Assembly (NCBI GenBank): GCA_000146045.2
Contig: BK006945.2
Location: 96,001 to 160,000 of the forward strand
Length of the DNA: 64,000 nt
Direction: 5' to 3'
DNA from: TPA_inf: Saccharomyces
Lineage: Eukaryota
In this document: positions 51,890-61,933 of the stretch, piece after piece
How positions within the stretch are numbered: position 1 is the stretch's first letter
Layout: each line of letters begins with the position of its first letter
Translations under genes and position numbers: made by a program
Notes under the pieces: generated by a model
The model's database searches: none
Told to the model about the DNA's origin: nothing
The model's input: the letters and a program-made list of their open reading frames with translations, nothing else

Positions 51890-54163
51890 ATGGCTAGTTT
51901 AGAAGATCTTATTCCTACTGTCAACAAGCTGCAGGATGTTATGTACGACTCCGGGATCGATACACTCGATTTGCCCATTTTAGCTGTTGTTGGGTCACAA
52001 TCCTCCGGGAAATCCTCGATATTGGAAACGTTAGTTGGAAGAGATTTTTTACCTAGGGGTACTGGTATTGTCACAAGAAGACCGTTAGTTCTTCAACTTA
52101 ATAACATATCTCCAAATTCTCCTCTAATAGAGGAAGATGATAACTCAGTTAATCCACATGATGAAGTTACAAAAATATCAGGATTCGAAGCTGGTACGAA
52201 GCCCTTGGAGTATAGGGGCAAGGAAAGAAATCATGCAGATGAGTGGGGGGAATTCCTGCATATACCAGGAAAACGGTTTTATGATTTCGACGATATCAAA
52301 AGAGAAATCGAAAACGAAACAGCGAGGATAGCCGGTAAGGATAAGGGCATCAGTAAGATTCCGATTAATTTGAAAGTGTTTTCCCCTCATGTTTTGAATC
52401 TAACGCTAGTAGATTTGCCTGGGATTACAAAGGTTCCTATTGGGGAACAACCACCTGATATTGAAAAGCAAATCAAGAATTTGATCCTAGACTATATAGC
52501 CACTCCAAATTGTTTAATCTTGGCCGTCTCTCCAGCTAACGTTGATCTTGTTAATTCTGAATCCTTAAAGTTGGCCAGAGAGGTAGACCCTCAGGGCAAA
52601 AGGACTATTGGTGTCATTACCAAATTAGATTTGATGGATTCTGGGACTAATGCTCTAGATATCTTGTCTGGAAAAATGTATCCTCTGAAATTGGGGTTTG
52701 TTGGTGTAGTGAATCGCTCGCAACAGGATATTCAATTGAACAAAACCGTTGAAGAATCATTGGACAAAGAAGAGGACTATTTCAGGAAACATCCAGTCTA
52801 CAGAACTATTTCAACAAAGTGTGGTACGCGTTATTTAGCTAAATTGCTAAACCAGACATTATTAAGCCACATTAGAGACAAGCTTCCGGATATTAAAACC
52901 AAGTTAAATACCCTGATCTCTCAAACCGAACAAGAGCTCGCTAGATACGGTGGCGTAGGAGCTACTACTAATGAAAGCAGAGCTAGCCTTGTTCTTCAAC
53001 TAATGAATAAGTTTTCTACAAACTTCATTTCATCTATAGATGGTACATCCTCCGACATTAATACGAAGGAACTCTGTGGTGGTGCCCGTATTTATTACAT
53101 TTACAATAATGTTTTTGGGAATTCTTTGAAGTCGATTGATCCAACTTCTAATTTATCCGTTCTTGATGTTAGAACAGCGATTAGAAATTCTACTGGTCCC
53201 CGTCCTACATTATTTGTACCTGAGTTGGCTTTTGACCTATTGGTTAAACCTCAAATTAAACTTTTACTAGAACCATCTCAACGTTGCGTCGAGTTAGTTT
53301 ACGAGGAGCTGATGAAAATATGCCATAAATGTGGCTCCGCTGAGCTAGCTAGATATCCTAAATTGAAGAGTATGTTAATAGAAGTTATAAGCGAACTACT
53401 TAGAGAAAGGTTACAACCTACTCGCTCTTACGTTGAAAGCTTGATTGACATACATCGAGCCTACATCAATACTAATCATCCTAATTTTTTAAGTGCAACA
53501 GAAGCAATGGATGACATCATGAAAACGCGTAGAAAACGGAATCAAGAGTTATTGAAAAGTAAGTTGTCTCAACAGGAGAATGGACAAACCAACGGTATTA
53601 ATGGTACTTCATCTATCTCTTCGAATATAGATCAAGATTCTGCTAAAAACAGTGACTACGATGATGATGGTATCGACGCAGAATCGAAGCAAACGAAGGA
53701 CAAATTTTTAAATTATTTCTTTGGCAAGGATAAAAAGGGTCAACCTGTGTTCGATGCATCAGACAAGAAAAGATCCATTGCCGGTGATGGAAATATTGAA
53801 GATTTTAGAAATTTACAAATATCAGATTTTTCACTGGGCGATATAGATGACCTTGAAAACGCTGAACCTCCACTGACCGAGAGAGAAGAATTGGAGTGCG
53901 AATTAATTAAACGTCTGATTGTTTCATACTTTGATATTATAAGAGAAATGATTGAAGATCAAGTACCAAAGGCAGTTATGTGTTTACTCGTCAATTATTG
54001 TAAGGATTCTGTTCAAAACAGATTGGTAACCAAACTCTACAAAGAAACACTGTTTGAAGAACTTTTAGTTGAGGATCAAACTTTAGCTCAAGATAGAGAA
54101 CTATGTGTGAAATCACTCGGAGTTTATAAAAAGGCTGCAACCCTTATTAGTAATATTCTGTAA
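51890..54163 (+). CDS. DNM1: Dynamin-related GTPase for mitochondrial/peroxisomal fission (757 aa)
   Basis: Dynamin GTPase motifs GSQSSGKSS (G1), DLPG (G3), TKLD (G4); middle domain, insert B, GED; 757 aa = YLL001W. Confidence 0.95.
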   Translation: MASLEDLIPTVNKLQDVMYDSGIDTLDLPILAVVGSQSSGKSSILETLVGRDFLPRGTGIVTRRPLVLQLNNISPNSPLIEEDDNSVNPHDEVTKISGFEAGTKPLEYRGKERNHADEWGEFLHIPGKRFYDFDDIKREIENETARIAGKDKGISKIPINLKVFSPHVLNLTLVDLPGITKVPIGEQPPDIEKQIKNLILDYIATPNCLILAVSPANVDLVNSESLKLAREVDPQGKRTIGVITKLDLMDSGTNALDILSGKMYPLKLGFVGVVNRSQQDIQLNKTVEESLDKEEDYFRKHPVYRTISTKCGTRYLAKLLNQTLLSHIRDKLPDIKTKLNTLISQTEQELARYGGVGATTNESRASLVLQLMNKFSTNFISSIDGTSSDINTKELCGGARIYYIYNNVFGNSLKSIDPTSNLSVLDVRTAIRNSTGPRPTLFVPELAFDLLVKPQIKLLLEPSQRCVELVYEELMKICHKCGSAELARYPKLKSMLIEVISELLRERLQPTRSYVESLIDIHRAYINTNHPNFLSATEAMDDIMKTRRKRNQELLKSKLSQQENGQTNGINGTSSISSNIDQDSAKNSDYDDDGIDAESKQTKDKFLNYFFGKDKKGQPVFDASDKKRSIAGDGNIEDFRNLQISDFSLGDIDDLENAEPPLTEREELECELIKRLIVSYFDIIREMIEDQVPKAVMCLLVNYCKDSVQNRLVTKLYKETLFEELLVEDQTLAQDRELCVKSLGVYKKAATLISNIL

Positions 54164-54824
54164 TTGCATAATTCATCTCATTTTTGATCTTACTTCAACA
54201 TTGCGGGCGTGATTATAGGTCAGTGTTTATTCCTTTACTCAGTTGATGATTTCAAATGTGCTCTCCTCTCCATTCTTTTTCTTGTTAATAAAAATCCATA
54301 ACTAAATAAATAACAAATATTAGCAATCGCAAAAGTATTAACTAAGCTAGAGAACCTTCACTAGAGAAGCTCTACCTAAAGGTATAGAACAGGAAAAAGT
54401 GTTTTTATTTTGGCGGACTTCGTGGAAGATTGCCTTCCATCAATAATAAGCGTAGTCCATAGGTACGATCATTTCCTTTTTAACCGTTAAGCAAGCGACA
54501 AGATGTATTTTGTTTACCAGCGAATGCTCTTATTTATCTTCTGCGCCTTTCCAATAATCTAATTATCAATGCTACGAATGATTATAGTTTTAACTAGATG
54601 AACGAAATTTCTAGGTTATTAAAGAGTACGTTATGCATCAAAAGAATATCAGTCATAATAAGCAGATAGACCTTCTACATGGTTTGTAGACAACCAAACT
54701 GGTGTATGCTAATATCAACGAGTAAACGCTTACTTTTCTAAAGTTGAATATTTGAAGTACACACCCGCGTAAAGAGTTTTTACCCCGAAAACAAATTTTT
54801 ATGCTTGAAAAATAGCTAATAAAA

Positions 54825-54947
54825 TGTTTTTATTGTTCGGATAACAAATACAATAGTGTTATTAAAAAATAAAACTTATTTAAAAATAGTAATTTAAATT
54901 ATTATTTTATTTTAATAAACTTTTTAATAATATTTATTACACGTGAT
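54825..54947 (-). other. CEN12: Point centromere CEN12: CDEI (54940-54947, ATCACGTG on minus), CDEII (~88 bp, >90% A+T, 54852-54939), CDEIII (54825-54851, GTATTTGTTATCCGAACAATAAAAACA on minus, with essential CCG/TCCGAA core)
   Basis: All three elements read directly in correct order/spacing and orientation; located in the 1.2-kb ORF-free gap between DNM1 (YLL001W) and YLR001C where CEN12 is expected. Confidence 0.88.
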
Positions 54948-55388
54948 TTAATATATCCTGTTTTTTTTTCATCATTCTCTTTCTTTCTTATGTTAACCTC
55001 GTACTACAAGTTTTCTCCTTATAAAAAGCTGACTAAAATTAGAGATTGATAATCATAAATAAATTTAGTAGCCATTTCCATTTTTACATTTTGATTTAAT
55101 CGACACTCAAAGTTCTTATTTGAAAGCTAGTTTAGAACTTATTTGTTTGCTCCTTGATGAATATAATGAGAAGAAATTCCACTCAGATTAAATATGAAGA
55201 TTGTTAACGGCAAGACGCTAAAAGAAAAGGAAAGGAAGTAGATGATGGCAAATAAGGTCACTTTCTTGTTAGTTACATATACTTTCACAGAAACTTGAAA
55301 ATAACCACAAAACTTAAAACGAACGTTATTTTGTTCAATTGCTTAATTTGTGAAGATATTATCTACTACTTAAATGATATATTAACAC

Positions 55389-57977
55389 TTATGAGGTACT
55401 GACACTGCGACCGCCCTTTTGATCTGATCCCACCCTTCGTATATCTCTGGGGGTTTGTATAGCGTTCACAGAATATGAACCTTCAAAAGTGGGTTGAGAA
55501 AGTGGTGATAAATGCGCTGTTGCCGAGTAAGAAGGGTTGTGGATTATCGGAGAGTGTTGAATCAGTGGTGTTGTTGCTCGATCATTTCTCCCTCTTTGAT
55601 TTTTGTCTTTTACTTTTCCACCCCTGGTAATTATTATGCAAAACAATAAAGAAATGGCTATGGTAACACCTATTATAACCCCAAATCCAACCGCTATCCC
55701 TGGCAAGCGCAGATGGTATTTCTCGCTGTTTAGCCAAGATAAGGATATGGGTTTGTCGATCAGAAATATGCATGAACTTTTCAAATTAGTAGTGCATCCT
55801 GTTTTAAGAACTCTAACTTCCTTGGTCCAGTCGCCCTGTATGCTAACAAAAACGTTGTCCAGATGATCTTTTCTGCAGTTTAGTTTTGTACCTAGTTTAG
55901 TGCTAATGGAGCCATTGCAGTCTAGTAGGTTTTGCGTTACATTAGCAGGAATCAAATGGAGTTCGAGGAATTTTCTTAAGTTTGTCGAGTTCGCCGTGAT
56001 GCCACTTAATGGAATAGAAGAAGCCGTTGGAACTAAAAGCGAGTACTCTTCGTTATTCCAAATGATTGAAGAAAGGTCATAAAACAAGTTAAAAAAGTCA
56101 AATATTTCTTTTGTTCCAGTAGTTTCTATCAGCTCTTTTAGGGATATCTCCAAATCGACTGGAAAATCCAATTGGTCTATAGGATGGATAACTCCCTGGT
56201 TGAAAAATATATCGGAACTCTCCTCAATAATAATACTTTCCTTTATAGTACTCACTGAGATTTTCGTAAGGTTTTGGCTTCCCACAATTTTTTGTACGCC
56301 AATAGATACAGAATTTCCGTATAAATTCTTGACAGTAGTCGAAATACTATAATTGTTGGAATAAATAAGGTCTTCGAAGATTAGGTTCCTCATAAGTAAA
56401 TTTAGGGCGGTTTTGTTTGACCTCAAATAGTCTATAGTCAAATCATTATTGTCCCATGAATTCATACATGGAAGAAGTATCGTGTACCCCTTATGATTTG
56501 ATGGTAGATCCAAAAGGTTAAGTTCCTTCAAGAGCATTAGGGAAATAGAACAGTGGTTTTCTGGTGCTAATGACAACACTAAGTCGCCCGGTAATTGAAG
56601 ATCATCGTCAATAGAATAAATGGACGTATTACCAATCTCATAAGGTTTTGTGTTTAAAATCTTGAAGCGACCATTGATGTAATAACCTTTATTAGACCTT
56701 GTGATTTTGAACTTTTGGCAGTGTCCACCTAGTCTTTTAGCTGAAGAGCAAAAGGCGGAGTCATAAATTTGGGTAGGTGCGTATTGAATCGGGCGCAATG
56801 AGGAAAAGTCCTGTTCAAGGTCAATTTTACCTTCTACAAAATGGTACAGAAGTGATGGTTTTGTGTACCCACGATCCTCATTAAAAGAGGCTTGTGGTAC
56901 AAATATGGTGATTTTCCTTCCGTTTTGAATGAATTTTTCAAGGTCTCTGAAGTATAACTCCTTTACGAATTCTGAGCAGTTCAAACCGTGCAAGTACTTT
57001 TCAGCATCAAACTGTATATGCGTTCGTAAAAAGTCTAAGTCAGAAAATCCATGCACGACGCCTATTTCAAAAATTCTGTTTGATATGGGTGAGTAATCTG
57101 AATTATTTACACTTACTGATGTACCTTCTGAATTACTCTTCATAAAAAGTTTTCGATTGTTTTTATTTTCTAAAATTAGTTCCTTGGGTAAAATACCACC
57201 ATACACGTCATCAATAATGAGTTCTTGAAGAAGGGAAGTTCTATCTGCGGCCCATTTGGCCTGAGAAATTGTATTAGATTTACCCAATTTATTATATTTG
57301 TCAAGTAGATAGTTTATTTCGATTGTATTGAAGAATTTTCGAAAATTAACATCTAAGGGCACTAAAACTGTGGATGAGTTTGTATATGCATTATAGTTTG
57401 AAAAACTGCTGATAAAATCACTAAATATCTTTAAATCTTGGGTTTCTTCATCTAGTTGTACCAGCAACTCATTTATTTGAGGTTGAATTAGTAAAAGATT
57501 GTTAATACCTTGTAATGAAGCATTCTGGAAACTAGGCAGCAAATCGGGTTCGACAACAGCAATTTCATTGACAAAGCAATGGCGCTCATGCTTTCTCAGC
57601 AATAAAGGTGCTTTTGCAGCTCTTTTCTCCAGGTAGGTACCGTTTTCAAGGTCTCTCACTTGCAATACCCTATCATGAATAAGGAAATCTTCAATATGGA
57701 AATGCTCCTCAAATTGGTCTGTGGTTTGGTCCCCCTTAATAAATGCTGAATTAATCGGAGCAAAAAGTGTAAAGTTCTGTAGCTCATTTAAGTACTGTAC
57801 GTGACCAGTTTTCTGAATAATCCTTAAAAAAGTTGAGAATTCAACATTTTCTGAGAGGATATCTATTACTGTGCTAAATGGAAAATCGTCCCCTGGGTTT
57901 TGTAGAAGTGCTTGTGTAAGCCCTAATATCGGCAGTAGCCAAAAAATGTATTTAATTGTTTGGATTGCCATGTTCAT
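55389..57977 (-). CDS. Fasciclin (FAS1)-domain vacuolar membrane protein of unknown function (862 aa from second Met; ORF open one codon further to 57980)
   Basis: Signal peptide MNMAIQTIKYIFWLLPILGLTQA, C-terminal TM (IAVGFGVIIGVTIAISLLFCIII); size/position = YLR001C. Confidence 0.82.
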   Translation of the reverse strand: MNMAIQTIKYIFWLLPILGLTQALLQNPGDDFPFSTVIDILSENVEFSTFLRIIQKTGHVQYLNELQNFTLFAPINSAFIKGDQTTDQFEEHFHIEDFLIHDRVLQVRDLENGTYLEKRAAKAPLLLRKHERHCFVNEIAVVEPDLLPSFQNASLQGINNLLLIQPQINELLVQLDEETQDLKIFSDFISSFSNYNAYTNSSTVLVPLDVNFRKFFNTIEINYLLDKYNKLGKSNTISQAKWAADRTSLLQELIIDDVYGGILPKELILENKNNRKLFMKSNSEGTSVSVNNSDYSPISNRIFEIGVVHGFSDLDFLRTHIQFDAEKYLHGLNCSEFVKELYFRDLEKFIQNGRKITIFVPQASFNEDRGYTKPSLLYHFVEGKIDLEQDFSSLRPIQYAPTQIYDSAFCSSAKRLGGHCQKFKITRSNKGYYINGRFKILNTKPYEIGNTSIYSIDDDLQLPGDLVLSLAPENHCSISLMLLKELNLLDLPSNHKGYTILLPCMNSWDNNDLTIDYLRSNKTALNLLMRNLIFEDLIYSNNYSISTTVKNLYGNSVSIGVQKIVGSQNLTKISVSTIKESIIIEESSDIFFNQGVIHPIDQLDFPVDLEISLKELIETTGTKEIFDFFNLFYDLSSIIWNNEEYSLLVPTASSIPLSGITANSTNLRKFLELHLIPANVTQNLLDCNGSISTKLGTKLNCRKDHLDNVFVSIQGDWTKEVRVLKTGCTTNLKSSCIFLIDKPISLSWLNSEKYHLRLPGIAVGFGVIIGVTIAISLLFCIIITRGGKVKDKNQRGRNDRATTPLIQHSPIIHNPSYSATAHLSPLSQPTFEGSYSVNAIQTPRDIRRVGSDQKGGRSVSTS

Positions 57978-58342
57978 CAAAGGGCTCCGTTTGATTCAGT
58001 TAATACATGCTGTCACTCACAGCAGCTTAGATAAGAAGCCGTTTTGTCTTATTTTCTAGGCCCTTAATATACGCCTAATGGGGAAGTCCGACCGAACAAA
58101 ATTCTCCTACCGGGTTTTCACGGTAATGTTCTTCCATAAAAAAAGACAATATAGTAAGCTGTTAATATTGATTTGGTGAACTTGAATCTGATATTTGTTT
58201 CTATTGCTTACGTATAATACTTTTGCGGTAATTCATTCAAATTTCATACAATGCTAATATTTATACAATTCTACTCGACACGGCAAAAATGATTGGCTAA
58301 CGATAATCGTGGCTCTTTATATACTTAATATATAGGATCTAG

Positions 58343-60334
58343 CTATTTAGAACACTCTTTAGATCTAGATGATAGAGAGCGTAGCCCCTTTGTAACTACA
58401 GGACAATAATGCTTTTCAAGAAGAGCATTATCCCATAAGGTTGCTGCCTCTGGGTTACTCCTTGAAGGATTATCGGCTTCCATTATGAAATGACCGTTGC
58501 CTATTCTATCCTCGGAAGAGTAAAGGCCTGAAATTTCTGGATATCTATTCATTAATTTATCAATAAATTTAAGAATGGCAATACTTGTTTTTTCTGGGGT
58601 ATGGCTGATGCACATGTACAATCTTTTGGTAAACGCCGTAGCCCTTTCTTTAGTCCCTGATTTAGAGCGGAAAAATACATGGTCCAGAGCCTTTAGCAGA
58701 AGTTCTGCTTTGGTAGAAACGTTAACTGATGGTTTTATTATTTCGTTATTGAGTGGGTCAGCCAACCTTAGCGATCTATAAGATAATTCGATGTCTGCAT
58801 CAAGACAGATATAAGGTAATAGCGCGTAAAGCCCATCGACGAATTTGGACAAATCCACATTAACTTTCATATATTGTGTATTTGAAATAAGTGAGAATGC
58901 ACTAACGATACAAAGCAAAGCCTTACGGACCTCAGCAGAGGAAAGGTTATCGAATTCAGTGTCACTAATAAGTTCTTTCATTACTTCGAGGAAGTCCCCT
59001 AATAGATCAAAGTTGGCCATATTACCAAACTTCGTTAGACCTTCCAAAACCGATCCAATGAGTGTTTTTGCATTGTTTTTCAAGATATTCAAATATATAG
59101 TGAAAACGATTTTTAGAATTTCGGATTGGTTTCTTTCTCTTTCCTCCGCAGAAACAGCTTGCTCAGCGTTACGCATTTCTTCCTCAATTTGTTGCATCTC
59201 TTTTCGAGCTTTTCTTTGCTTCTTAGAAAGATGGACCCTATCTTTCTTTTTGAGCTTAGGAGCGCTAACGTTACCTTTCAATTTAGTATTAGGGTCATAG
59301 TCATGTAAGACATCTAACGATAATAACATATTTAAAACAGATTCTTCGATGTTGAAGTTCCTCGTCTTTAGTATTTTGTTGAAAATTCTTAGTATCTCGA
59401 ATGATATTGAGCCCTCTTCGTCCTCATTTAATAGAGTTTCAAATGTCTGGATTATTTGAATGGAAGTTGGATCTGTTGAAATTCTTGGTTTACAAATTCT
59501 ACGCAACAGTAAAGTGAAAATGTCTGTTCTAAAGTTGAAATGGGATGCCGTTGAAATCAATTCTTTTGCGGCTTGAGTGGCCAAAATCCCTAATGAAACC
59601 TGTATAGGAGCAGCATTACTGGGAGTTTTTGAAAGACTCTGTAATCTTCCGACGTAATTTTTGTAGTTATAAACTAAGGCTTGCTCAAAGTTTCTAAGCT
59701 TGGAGACTTCTTTAGAAACTTTTTCCTTCTTTTCAGTTTCAGTTAGTGGTCGAATTCTATAGCCTGGTATGATACTCTTAAACACGGGGACCAAAGCCAA
59801 CATGGAAAACTTACAAGTATTAGGATTTTTAGATTCCACCATTTTACATAGACGCCCCAACGCAGCAGTATTTTCTTCAGGCTCCTCCATAACTTTAGTG
59901 ACTAAATCGGCAATGTCTTCTTTTAGTTGCAGAATTTTTTCCTCCGTATCAGGCTCATCCTCCTTTGCCTCTGCTTCTTGTTCTTCATTAGGTCCCTCAT
60001 CATCTTCTGAAGAGTCATTAGAGTCTTCGTCTTCCTCATCATCGTCCTTTGGTTTTTCTTGGGCTTTATGCAATTTTCTTTCAACTTTACCGTTAACTTT
60101 TATAGGCAGGCCTTCAACAAGATTTGATGTATCAGACCGATTCTTCCGAGGAACCATTTCGTAATCCTGTTCTTCTTCATCCCAGGATGAGCCTTTTGCG
60201 CTATATATGGTATTTTCATCCATATCTTCCGGTGCATTTTGGAAAACATTGCCTTCTAACAAGGAATCTTCGTGCTTTCTTTTCTTTGCAGTCCTTTCCT
60301 GAATGCGAAATTGAGATCTATTTCTCTTAGCCAT
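58343..60334 (-). CDS. NOC3: Nucleolar complex-associated protein 3, 60S biogenesis / replication licensing (663 aa)
   Basis: 663-aa ORF, acidic/basic N-terminal region, NOC/CBF domain; = YLR002C by order/length. Confidence 0.88.
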   Translation of the reverse strand: MAKRNRSQFRIQERTAKKRKHEDSLLEGNVFQNAPEDMDENTIYSAKGSSWDEEEQDYEMVPRKNRSDTSNLVEGLPIKVNGKVERKLHKAQEKPKDDDEEDEDSNDSSEDDEGPNEEQEAEAKEDEPDTEEKILQLKEDIADLVTKVMEEPEENTAALGRLCKMVESKNPNTCKFSMLALVPVFKSIIPGYRIRPLTETEKKEKVSKEVSKLRNFEQALVYNYKNYVGRLQSLSKTPSNAAPIQVSLGILATQAAKELISTASHFNFRTDIFTLLLRRICKPRISTDPTSIQIIQTFETLLNEDEEGSISFEILRIFNKILKTRNFNIEESVLNMLLSLDVLHDYDPNTKLKGNVSAPKLKKKDRVHLSKKQRKARKEMQQIEEEMRNAEQAVSAEERERNQSEILKIVFTIYLNILKNNAKTLIGSVLEGLTKFGNMANFDLLGDFLEVMKELISDTEFDNLSSAEVRKALLCIVSAFSLISNTQYMKVNVDLSKFVDGLYALLPYICLDADIELSYRSLRLADPLNNEIIKPSVNVSTKAELLLKALDHVFFRSKSGTKERATAFTKRLYMCISHTPEKTSIAILKFIDKLMNRYPEISGLYSSEDRIGNGHFIMEADNPSRSNPEAATLWDNALLEKHYCPVVTKGLRSLSSRSKECSK

Positions 60335-60437
60335 TATTACTATGATATCTCCAGCTTTTATCCCGGAATTATACTCTTATGATTGAAGACATAAAATGCC
60401 AAGTTTATACCATGAAAATACTATATATGGCAGGCAG

Positions 60438-60490
60438 GTGAATGAGATGAGATAAAATTTTCAGTTTTCGGGCATCGCTGAAAAAATTCA
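60438..60490. promoter_or_regulatory. PAC-like (TGAGATGAG), RRPE (AAAATTTTC) and inverted GCGATG core upstream of NOC3
   Basis: gtgaatgagatgagataaaattttcagttttcgggcatcgctgaaaaaattc read directly. Confidence 0.55.
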
Positions 60491-60854
60491 AAAACTAAAG
60501 TAAAACGACGTCCCATGGTCTACTCTACGGTGAAGAAAATGAGGGAAGACATTGAATTTCTGAATCTAAGTAACTACAAAAAAGCATACACTCCATGGAA
60601 AGAGTAAAATAGGATAAATTGGTTTTATGTAGTTAAAGAAAAAATACATTGTTATATATGGAGTTTGCTGCGCGCCTAGGCGTTCTCGAAGTTTCTCCTT
60701 TGATTTTACTTTTTGGAAGGGCTTTGGACAATTTAAAGAAGATAATTTGAAGTACCCCATCAAATGCTAGAATGAAATATTTAATATACTAAATTAAGGC
60801 TGGTATTTAAAAACGTAATCTTATGTGTAGAACCTCAGTGAAAAAGCGCTATTA

Positions 60855-61730
60855 TTAATATAACAGTATTTTCACGGAGCTTTTTTTATTCAAAAAGGTT
60901 TTCAAGACTTGGCAGAGGACGGCTGCATTCTCGAATGATAATATAGTATTATCCTTAGGATCTAAATAACTTGCATCAAGAATGATATCTAACTTTTCCT
61001 TACCTTGGAAAAGTAAGTCAGTAGCTTCTATAATTTTCTGCATTCTTGTTGGAGTGGCAATAAAATATAGTGAATCTTTATTTTTGTTTGATTTTTTAGA
61101 GCTGTCAGTAAGTAAACGTTCCACGGTGGCTATGTCATCCTTTAGTTTACTTTTAGAGAATAATTTGACGCAATTTTTGCCACCGTTTAGACTACGATAA
61201 ACGTCTGCTACTCTAATATTAGACATAGAAAAAACAATTTTTTTTGGAGCTACGGAAAATTTTTGAATAAAGGCTGGGAAATTGCTTAATCTGCGTTCAG
61301 CGTCAAATTTTTCTGTCGAAAGAAAATCATTTCTTTTGAAGTAAAGTTCCTCTAATTCTAAAACACTCAAGTCAGGATTTTTTTCTCGTATCAAAGTTGT
61401 TAGGTACTCAATAATTTTTTCTGGTGAACTTGCTGGAAGTGCTTTTCGTTGTGAGACGATATACTGGCTTTCCTCTTTCTTTTTCTCAATTAGCTTTGAT
61501 TTTTTCTGTAGCTTTTTCTGTCTTTTCGAAATAGGTCTATTCGAATCATCTTCTGAATTTCTCTCCTCTTTTTTCCCATCTATATCATCAACGTCATCGT
61601 CATCTTGTTCTATAGACCTCTTTTGTACCTTTTTGGTTGGGGGACTACCATCCTTGGCGTCAAAAATTACTTCATGTTCGGCATCAAAATCATAGGCGAG
61701 TCCATCATCTAAATCATCTGGATTAGACAT
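60855..61730 (-). CDS. CMS1: 90S pre-ribosome component (291 aa)
   Basis: 291-aa ORF, acidic N-terminus, lysine-rich middle; = YLR003C by order/length. Confidence 0.82.
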   Translation of the reverse strand: MSNPDDLDDGLAYDFDAEHEVIFDAKDGSPPTKKVQKRSIEQDDDDVDDIDGKKEERNSEDDSNRPISKRQKKLQKKSKLIEKKKEESQYIVSQRKALPASSPEKIIEYLTTLIREKNPDLSVLELEELYFKRNDFLSTEKFDAERRLSNFPAFIQKFSVAPKKIVFSMSNIRVADVYRSLNGGKNCVKLFSKSKLKDDIATVERLLTDSSKKSNKNKDSLYFIATPTRMQKIIEATDLLFQGKEKLDIILDASYLDPKDNTILSFENAAVLCQVLKTFLNKKSSVKILLY

Positions 61731-61799
61731 TTTCAGCTCAATTGTCCTGACGATATGTTTAGAAGTTAGTAGCGGGGATCAAATTTCGACTTTCATTGC

Positions 61800-61829
61800 C
61801 TCATCCATGGTCATCTCAAAAATTTTCTC
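61800..61829. promoter_or_regulatory. PAC core (CTCATC = revcomp GATGAG) and RRPE (AAAAATTTTC) ~70-100 bp upstream of CMS1
   Basis: ctcatccatggtcatctcaaaaattttctc read directly. Confidence 0.45.
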
Positions 61830-61933
61830 TTCAATTTTTTGGTAAATACCAAGTGCAATGAATGTTTGGGTGTCTTTGAATATTGAATATTACAGACTAA
61901 AAATATTATATATTGTAAATTAAAAGTTGATTA

